Assembly (NCBI GenBank): GCA_963807605.1
Contig: CAWECG010000002.1
Location: 24,779-88,778 of the forward strand
Direction of reading: 5' to 3'
Origin: Candidatus Bathyarchaeota archaeon
GTDB taxonomy: Archaea; Thermoproteota; Bathyarchaeia; 40CM-2-53-6; RBG-13-38-9
Length of the DNA stretch: 64,000 bases
The notes beneath the pieces are model-generated. The model saw only the letters and a program-made list of their open reading frames with translations, was not told the DNA's origin and ran no database searches. Both the position numbers and the translations under genes were made by a program. Below, in pieces: positions 54,939-64,000 of the stretch (positions within the stretch are counted from its first letter, which is position 1; each line of letters starts with the position of its first letter).

Positions 54939-54995
54939 GGTAATTAGTGTAAGGTTAGGGAATCGAACTTAATCCAAATCCCACTTCCCGCAACA
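54939..54995 (+). mobile_element. tRNA-Leu-derived att-like site, family A copy 2
   Basis: 51/57 identical to 31233-31289. Confidence 0.75.
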
Positions 54996-55020
54996 CCTAT
55001 CTTCTGACCTGATTCGACGT

Positions 55021-55570
55021 GTAAGAAGTGAAAGAGCAGGACATAGCATGTCTGATTGAGAGAGTAAACAGAGCATTCCGTAGTTTGCAGATAACAATGT
55101 GTTAACCACTGGTTAGGGACAAAGGGAAAGAGATGGACAGAGGGCAAGTCTGATGATGGATCACTGTGTAGATCAAGGGCTTTAGGGCTGCATAGATGGA
55201 GAGAAAAAGAATGAACGAGATTTGGCGAAAGTGCTACACGAGAGCGTAAGAGCAATAAAGGGTAAGATAGAGTGCAGAATAACAATCGACCCTTCATACA
55301 CAGAGAAAAAGAACCCTAAAGACTACACAGTATAAGGTAACAACAGTAAAGAGCAAGATAACAGGGTAAGAACACAAAACAGGAAATAGAAAAGAACCAG
55401 GAAAGAATAACAATAGAGCAAGAACCACAAACAACAAAGCAAAAGCAACAATCACACTAAAATCCCATAATAACTATCCCACAACGACTAAAACAACAAA
55501 CATGCACACTCTAGAATCAGACTAACAGAGCATGTAAAACCGATTCACACAGGAGGTATCTATAGCACCT
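55021..55570 (+). repeat. Non-coding A/G-rich repeat family, copy B (longest)
   Basis: 55021-55415 is a direct repeat of 59159-59555; 55343-55570 is an inverted repeat of 9977-10199. Confidence 0.9.
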
Positions 55571-55902
55571 GTTTTGGGTGTTGTGAAATACTGCATTGTC
55601 TCATATCTGGAGAATAGGGCCATAGTGCCTGCAACAAAAATGATTGAGTTAACCAGTCCTGTCAGCCACAAGGACACTTCAAAAAAGAGGCGGGCCAATG
55701 AAAAGAATACTGTGACCAGGAACATCAAGAATGCCAACAGCATCTGTGTCTTCAGGAAGGCCCAGAATCTCCCAAGAGAAGACATTAGTCACGATGTCCT
55801 TCAGGCAGCATGTGTTATGAGAAACATAAGTGTATCGTGGAATCTTACGTCTTCTTGACTTGCACAATGTTCCGACCGAAACGGGCTTAAAGATTATGGG
55901 CC

Positions 55903-56340
55903 TTAGCTTATCTTGAGAATCTCTTTTGCTTTCTTCAAAAACTTCTCCGCGCCCTCAATTGTCTCTGTCGCACCCTCCTCAGAGAAATCCAGCCCATAGT
56001 CCGCCTCCTGCCGCAGTTCCATGCCATCCTCGAACCTTCTAATCAAATCTCTGCCAAGCTCTTCTGGAAAGAACTCTCTTAGCGCTACGGAAAGGGCGTA
56101 ATGGCTCTTCTCCCTGAAGCCGCGGCGATAAAGCAAAGCTCTGGCACTGTGAAACATGGAATAGTAGCCTTGTATCGTTGCCCACTTGAACTTTCTGCTG
56201 CTGAGAGAATCCTCGGCATCCCTCAAGTCTGTTTCCGCTCCACGAATTTCCTTCAAGACCATTCTCCTGTCTACTTTTGCCCTCAACAGCTTCCTTTCGG
56301 CCAAGAGCTGGGCTAATGCCGAACTCACTCTGTCTCCCAA
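55903..56340 (-). CDS. HEPN-domain protein (toxin-like)
   Basis: WATIQGYYSMFHSARALL..G.REKSH, R.EADY. Confidence 0.85.
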   Translation of the reverse strand: MGDRVSSALAQLLAERKLLRAKVDRRMVLKEIRGAETDLRDAEDSLSSRKFKWATIQGYYSMFHSARALLYRRGFREKSHYALSVALREFFPEELGRDLIRRFEDGMELRQEADYGLDFSEEGATETIEGAEKFLKKAKEILKIS

Positions 56341-56867
56341 AGCACGATCCCTCTTTCCACGTTCTCATAGAGCGCCCTGTCTTCCCTCTTCATCTTGGCG
56401 AACTCGTTTGCGCTTACCACTATGGGCGCGATCTTCCTTTCGCTCTTCCTGTTGAATTCGCTGATCTTTCTCCGAATCGACTCTTTCTCGGAAGCAAGCA
56501 CGAACAGGTCGATATCGCTTTCTTTCACGTCGGTTCCTTCGGCGCAGCTTCCAAACATGATGATCCTTCTAGAGTCTTCTTTGATCTGCCTCAGCAATTC
56601 TCTAAGAGCGTAGACGTTCACAAGCACTTTGAACTGCCTGGCAACCGGATCCTTCGCGTTGAGCCTGTAGAACAGCATCTTGCCTCTTCTTTCCCTGGTC
56701 AGAAAATCTAGATCCGCCAGCATCTTGAGAATCTTGTTGGCTGAGCCCAGGCTTACATTAGCCTTCCTCACCACTTCCCTCTGATGATACTGCCGCATCG
56801 GGTCTGCAAGAAAGAGTTCTAGCACAATCATCAGCGTAGGCGTTATGAATTCTAAATTAGTGAACAT
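56325..56867 (-). CDS. HTH + minimal nucleotidyltransferase (MNT antitoxin-like)
   Basis: FGSCAEG....SDIDLFV; overlaps the HEPN gene. Confidence 0.85.
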   Translation of the reverse strand: MFTNLEFITPTLMIVLELFLADPMRQYHQREVVRKANVSLGSANKILKMLADLDFLTRERRGKMLFYRLNAKDPVARQFKVLVNVYALRELLRQIKEDSRRIIMFGSCAEGTDVKESDIDLFVLASEKESIRRKISEFNRKSERKIAPIVVSANEFAKMKREDRALYENVERGIVLWETE

Positions 56868-57127
56868 ATGTTCATTATTTTGTAATCTTAAATATTTAAA
56901 GACGATGCGAACCGAGACTTACTCTTGTATCAACCTCACCTTGCGAGAACTGAATCCCAGACTTTTCAGGGAGATCTGCAGAATAAGTCTTGTCAAATGG
57001 TTTGTGGAAACTATGAAAGTATATGTAACCTTCTACTATTGTGGCCTTTGGGTTTAGAGTGGTTTTCGCACTAGGATCTTGCTGTTTATCTGCTGGACCA
57101 TTAGCCATCCACTGTTCAAGTATTTTT

Positions 57128-57637
57128 CTAGCTGGCTTTCTTTGATGAGTCTGCTCTGATACTTTTGGGGTCTTCTTCAAGTGTTAGCTGCTTGGCCTTG
57201 TGTTTCTCGATTTCTTCTTCGTAGATTTTGAGCTTTTCTTCTGCGGGCATGGAGCTCACATCTATTTGATAGAATGTTGCGGATGCGGGGTCCATTCCGA
57301 GTATGTTCTTGGCTACGAGCTTTAATGCTTCCAGTTTGGCTTCTTTTACGACAGAACTCTCGTCTATGTTGCTGGTTGTGCCAAGGAATGGTTCGCAGTC
57401 CTGGTATTGTTGTCTCATGCCTGCTATCATGGGTGGTGGAAGTCTTCCTTTCTCCGTGCTGTATCGGGCTTCGATGTCGCCCTTATGCCCGGCAAGAAAT
57501 TGGAGGTATTGGTGACTGATTTTTCCTTTGGACTCGGCGATAGTGAACTGTGTCTCAGCATAGGCTCTCAGCACGTAAGGCCTCTTGATGACTCCTGCTG
57601 CCCGCATGCGCATCTCCAACTGGAGGAGAATCCTCAT
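57128..57637 (-). pseudogene. Integrase C-terminal remnant, paralogue of 23014-24528
   Basis: RPYVLRAYAETQ..AESKGKI.H.YLQF.AGHKGDIEA.YSTEKGRLPP; N-terminus missing. Confidence 0.85.
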
Positions 57638-57846
57638 GAACTTTCTGGCTGGATTTTCCCGTCTGGCGATACTCAGCTCTGTTCCAATCTCCGTCCTGTT
57701 GGAATGAATGGAGTATAGGCTCCTTAGAGGAGGCTTGACTCTGCTCGCATACGAGCCTGCAAATGCACAAGATCTCCATAAGAACAGAAGATCCGGCTCA
57801 TGTAATTCATGCGCTTGTGAAAGCCCTTGATGTACTGGAATAGTTC

Positions 57847-59010
57847 TCAGTGAAGTATCTGTGAGAGATCCTTTCTCAGTGCATCTAGATCATCAAAGTT
57901 GTTGTAGAAGTTCACGGCGATCCTCAGGAAACTCTGCTTTCCAGTCTCAGGGTTATAGCGGCAGGATACAAGAATCCCTCTATCCTCAAGTTTCCTATCG
58001 ACTTCTTTCGCATTAGATAGATCTATCGTGACTATCCCTGAGCGATGATCCTTCTCTATTGGGGTGACAATGTTCAGTCTAAGGTCGCGCAAGATGTCGA
58101 AAGCGTAGCCGGACAACTCGCATATGCGGTCGCTAATCTTTGCGATTCCAGATCCTAGATCTCCGTCTCCTATCCTTCTGATTAGGCTTAATGATCCGCC
58201 TAGGGCGAATATGCCAGGGAAGTTTGGTGAACCACCGAAAGAATCCATCGACCTCGCAAACTTGGTGACCTGAGTGTTTCTGTTGTCCATTCTGAATGAG
58301 TCGGTGACACTCAACCATCCTGTAAATCTTGGAAGCCCTTGCTTCTCAATCAATCCAGTGCTCACATATAGTATCCCAACTCCGTAACCTGCGCATAACC
58401 ATTTCAACCCAGATGATGCAAGAACGTCTATGTTCTGTTTGTTAACGTCGATTTGGAATGCTCCAAGCGACTGAGTAGCGTTCACGACATGGGTGACGCC
58501 TTTGTTCGCACAGAGGTTACCAGTTTCTTCAATATCTTGTCTATATCCGGTGAGGAACTGAACGTGACTCTCAACGAACGCAGAGACATCTCCGCTCAGT
58601 TCCTTCTCAATATCTGCAACAAGAAACCTCTTATTGTGGGGCTGCACCGCTCGGACCTCAAATCCACATTTTCGGATGGCGTGAATTGAAGCTGGAAATT
58701 CGTGAGCAGGATACACAACTGTTCCATGTTTAAGCAGTGAGGCTGCTACTGCCATGCATGAGGACGTGTTTAGGAAGAAAGCTATCTCGTCAGGTCGTCC
58801 GCCTATAAGACGGGCGACTTCTCTTCGAATCTTCTCGACTTCAGTTCTATAATTCTCCCAGAATAGGTCGCCGAGGTTTAGCATTTGTGCGTAGTAACCC
58901 AGGGCCGCGTTGTAGGCGCTGCGGCTCATAGGGGAGCCTCCAGCTGCTCTTAATTGTACCTTATTCAATGCAGCAGGAAACTCTAGCCTTCTTATGGTGT
59001 CCCAGTCCAT
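57847..59010 (-). CDS. PLP-dependent class V aminotransferase (cysteine desulfurase/lyase-like)
   Basis: NTS, EFPA, SHVQF.TG, NATQSLG, SSGLKWLCA..G.G. Confidence 0.85.
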   Translation of the reverse strand: MDWDTIRRLEFPAALNKVQLRAAGGSPMSRSAYNAALGYYAQMLNLGDLFWENYRTEVEKIRREVARLIGGRPDEIAFFLNTSSCMAVAASLLKHGTVVYPAHEFPASIHAIRKCGFEVRAVQPHNKRFLVADIEKELSGDVSAFVESHVQFLTGYRQDIEETGNLCANKGVTHVVNATQSLGAFQIDVNKQNIDVLASSGLKWLCAGYGVGILYVSTGLIEKQGLPRFTGWLSVTDSFRMDNRNTQVTKFARSMDSFGGSPNFPGIFALGGSLSLIRRIGDGDLGSGIAKISDRICELSGYAFDILRDLRLNIVTPIEKDHRSGIVTIDLSNAKEVDRKLEDRGILVSCRYNPETGKQSFLRIAVNFYNNFDDLDALRKDLSQILH

Positions 59011-59158
59011 TTCATTATCCTCAACAAATCAGGATTACCAGTCAAAGATGAGGACCGACAAGTCAAGGAGGCGATCTGAGTTCGGTAGCACTACGAACAT
59101 CCACACCTAAAAGGGTTTCAATCGATCTATGGTAGAATTGAAAGCTGCGTGGCTAAGC

Positions 59159-59555
59159 GTAAGAAGTGAAAGAGCAGGACATAGCAAATCTGATTGAGAG
59201 AATAAACAGACCATTCCGTAAAACTCAAAGAACAATGTGTTAGCGATCGCTAGGGACAAAGGGAAAGAGGCGGACAGAGGATAAGTCTGGTTATGATGGA
59301 TCATTGTGTAGAACAAGAGCTTTGGAGCTGCATAGATGGAGAGAAAACGAATGATCGAGATTTGGCGAAAGTGTTACACGAGAGCGTAAGGGCAATAAAG
59401 GGTAAGATAGAGTGCAGGATAACAATCAACCCTTCATACACAGAGAAAAAGAACCCTAAAGACTACACAGTATAAGGTAACAACAGTAAAGAGCAAGATA
59501 ACAGGGTAAGAACACAAAACAGGAAATAGGAAAGAACTAGGTAAGAATAACAATA
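59159..59555 (+). repeat. Non-coding repeat family, copy C
   Basis: Direct repeat of 55021-55415, including a long identical block around ACAGAGAAAAAGAACCCTAAAGACTACACAG. Confidence 0.9.
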
Positions 59556-59741
59556 AGGGTCAGCCTTCATGCAGTTGTTGATATGTCTTATCTTGATTTC
59601 TCTTGGGCAGTCCCCCATCGCTCGCGCAGTGTTCTCAAACAATGCTTTCTGCTGGGCGGGGCTCATTAGTCTGAATAATTTTCCTGGTTGGGTGTAGTAA
59701 TCGTCATCGTCCTCTCTGAAATTCCAATGGTCTGCTGCACC
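59556..59741 (-). pseudogene. katA: Monofunctional catalase C-terminal remnant
   Basis: [24 protein letters not shown]...[28 protein letters not shown]. Confidence 0.75.
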
Positions 59742-59902
59742 GCGCGTTTCAGATTGTATTGAAACGCCGCCCTCATATGTTGCTAATGGCCTCCGTTGAG
59801 CGTTCAAAACATCCGTCAGTTCGTGACGGTTATCGCTTCCTGATCATCTGATTTGCAGTTCAGAATACGCTTCAGAAGCCCTCGAAGACGTTTATGCTAC
59901 GA

Positions 59903-62086
<2,184 letters not shown>

Positions 62087-62138
62087 TCATCCTGATTATT
62101 ACTATTTAGTTTCACACGTATCTCAAAAGACCATCTAC

Positions 62139-62159
62139 TTAAGAGTGACTATTACTTAA
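62139..62159. promoter_or_regulatory. Imperfect palindrome, candidate Fur/PerR operator
   Basis: TTAAGAGTGACTATTACTTAA between the divergent katG and fur genes. Confidence 0.4.
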
Positions 62160-62161
62160 TA

Positions 62162-62641
62162 ATGGTCATGAGAAAACCAGAAGCCCTGCCTGATGGCTCC
62201 ATCGTAGGAGTTCTCAGAACAAAAGGATACAAGGCTACTCCTCAGAGGATAGCCATCTGCCGATTCGCAGCCAGTAGCAGAGAGCATCCTACAGCAGGAA
62301 GAATATACAATGAAGTCAGAAAACAACATCCTACTGTCAGCCTCGCGACGGTCTACAAGACTATTGACCTCCTCAAGGAGCACCACATCATTCAAGAACT
62401 AGCTATTGTTGACGGAGACAAGAGATTTGACTCGAACACGAAGACTCACTTGAACTTAATCTGCGTAAAATGTGGAGAAATACGTGACTCAGACAATCCG
62501 GTCATCAAGGATTCTGTCGAGAAGGCTGCCGAAGAAGAAAGGTTCAACATCACAGGCCAGAATTTGACTCTATATGGAGTTTGCCATCAATGTGCTGCCA
62601 AGCATAGACCCGCTATGAAATTAGCGAAGTCACGCCAGTAG
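62162..62641 (+). CDS. perR: Fur-family regulator, PerR-like
   Basis: TPQR.AI, HPTA..IY, SLATVYKT, H.NLIC.KCG, GVC..C; divergent from catalase. Confidence 0.85.
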   Translation: MVMRKPEALPDGSIVGVLRTKGYKATPQRIAICRFAASSREHPTAGRIYNEVRKQHPTVSLATVYKTIDLLKEHHIIQELAIVDGDKRFDSNTKTHLNLICVKCGEIRDSDNPVIKDSVEKAAEEERFNITGQNLTLYGVCHQCAAKHRPAMKLAKSRQ

Positions 62642-62839
62642 TCGTCTAGAGAGATCGTTCGACCACAAACATTAATCAGGCCCTCGTTGGATGCTAAAAG
62701 AGCGGGATTGATTCATGAAGCTTCCAGAATACGTTCCCAAACCTTTCTTATCCATATAGCAATCTCATCCTAATTATTACTATTTAGTTTCATACATATC
62801 TCAAAAGACCATCTACTTAAGAGTGACTATTACTTAAGA

Positions 62840-63321
62840 ATGGTCATGAGAAAACCAGAAGCCCTGCCTGATGGCTCCATCGTAGGAGTTCTCAGAACAA
62901 AAGGATACAAGGCTACTCCTCAGAGGATAGCCATCTGCCGATTCGCAGCCAGTAGCAGAAGAGCATCCTGCAGCAGGAAGAATATACAATAGAAGTCAGA
63001 AAACAACATCCTACTGTCAGCCTTGTGATGGTCTACAAGACTATTGACATCCTCAAGGAGCACCACATCATTCAAGAACTAGCTATTGTTGACGGAGACA
63101 AGAGATTTGACTCGAACATGGAGACTGACTTGAACCTAATCTGCGTAAAATGTGGAGAAATACGTGACTCAGACAATCCGGTCATCAAGGATTCTGTCGA
63201 GAAGGCTGCCGAAGAAGAAAGGTTCAACATCACAGGCCAGAATCTGACTCTATATGGAGTTTGCCATCAATGTGCTGCCAAGCATAGACGCGTTATGAAA
63301 TTAGCGAAGTCAGGCGAGTAG
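62840..63321 (+). pseudogene. Second fur/perR copy, frameshifted
   Basis: Two extra A bases relative to copy 1 (AGCAGAAGAGC, CAATAGAAG) plus substitutions including H to D in HLNLIC. Confidence 0.85.
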
Positions 63322-63370
63322 CCGGCTAGAGAGATTGTTCGACCACAAACATTAATCAGGCCCTCGTTGG

Positions 63371-63829
63371 ATGCTAAAAGAGCGGGATTGTTCCATGAAG
63401 CTTCCAGAATACGTCCCCAAACAGGAAGTTAGAGAGGTTTGCAGGAGACTCGGCATCAGAGACTGGTCCAGACTGAAAGAACCTAAAGTGACCCCCATGG
63501 AAGGTAAGACTATACTTAGGGCGCTCGGAATTAAAGGAATGAGAATCGACCCAGAGCAGTTTCGCAAGGGGCTTGAAGTGGAGCTCGAGCATGGTATCGA
63601 GTTTGATGATGCTAACGTAACTAACAACCATCCTCTTCTTACAGGTAAGATTGTAATTGCTCACATGAAGGAGACGCTCGATTATTACAAACGTCTCGAC
63701 GTTGCTGAACTCGAAGGCGACCTTCTCAAAGCCTTCAGAAAGAATGATTTGAACAAGGCTGCATCTGTCTACAAGAGACTCATCTCGGCGAAAACTGCAC
63801 TGAGCAAATCTGAATCTGAAGAACTCTAG
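63371..63829 (+). CDS. DUF5661-like protein
   Basis: EQFRKGLEVELEHG..NVTN..P.LTGKI..AH.KE..DYY.RL. Confidence 0.7.
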   Translation: MLKERDCSMKLPEYVPKQEVREVCRRLGIRDWSRLKEPKVTPMEGKTILRALGIKGMRIDPEQFRKGLEVELEHGIEFDDANVTNNHPLLTGKIVIAHMKETLDYYKRLDVAELEGDLLKAFRKNDLNKAASVYKRLISAKTALSKSESEEL

Positions 63830-64000
63830 TTTAACGTACAGAAACGAATCTTGCTTGATTACCATTAAGGACTAGAAAACGAGAATATTTTCTACACCAC
63901 GATCATAATTCCACTGCGAACGGATCTTCATTAACTAAAAGCCTTGCCCGCCATCGAAACTGAATTTGCCGTGTCTCTGAAATTCACCTAGGTAGGTTCA

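Noticed and set aside
59293-59475. 60-aa ORF inside repeat copy C, and ORFs 10104-10349 and 54944-55297
   Set aside because: The frame is not conserved between copies (TGG to TAG in copy B); composition-driven ORFs.

Overview
Archaeal DNA, probably TACK/Bathyarchaeia-like (inferred from the TBP sequence, BHB tRNA introns and GGTGA ribosome-binding sites). It is mostly an accessory, integration-hotspot mosaic: defence-like nucleases, TIR, HEPN/MNT, GmrSD-like and Mrr genes, three tyrosine integrases (one intact, two decayed), a solo IS605-family tnpB and IS6-like remnants. These are interspersed with housekeeping or stress genes (MarR-ABC exporter, two radical SAM genes, Nudix, hisG, katG-perR). 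Highlights read directly from the sequence: (1) a tRNA-Tyr(GUA) gene at 28558-28771 interrupted by five BHB-type introns (9/10, 30/31, 37/38, 53/54, 59/60), with a 5' leader complementary to its own 3' acceptor strand; (2) six tRNA-Leu 3'-end att-like sites in two families, three of them 28-bp 11-6-11 dif-like direct repeats that bracket ~3.4-kb cargo modules; (3) a three-copy, strand-skewed non-coding repeat with iteron-like 12-mers; (4) a long-hairpin ncRNA candidate at ~30.1 kb; (5) a GC-rich katG that appears to have replaced a katA in place. Several single-base frameshifts may be sequencing errors. No CRISPR array or rRNA was seen. All family assignments come from motif recognition by eye, not from database searches.
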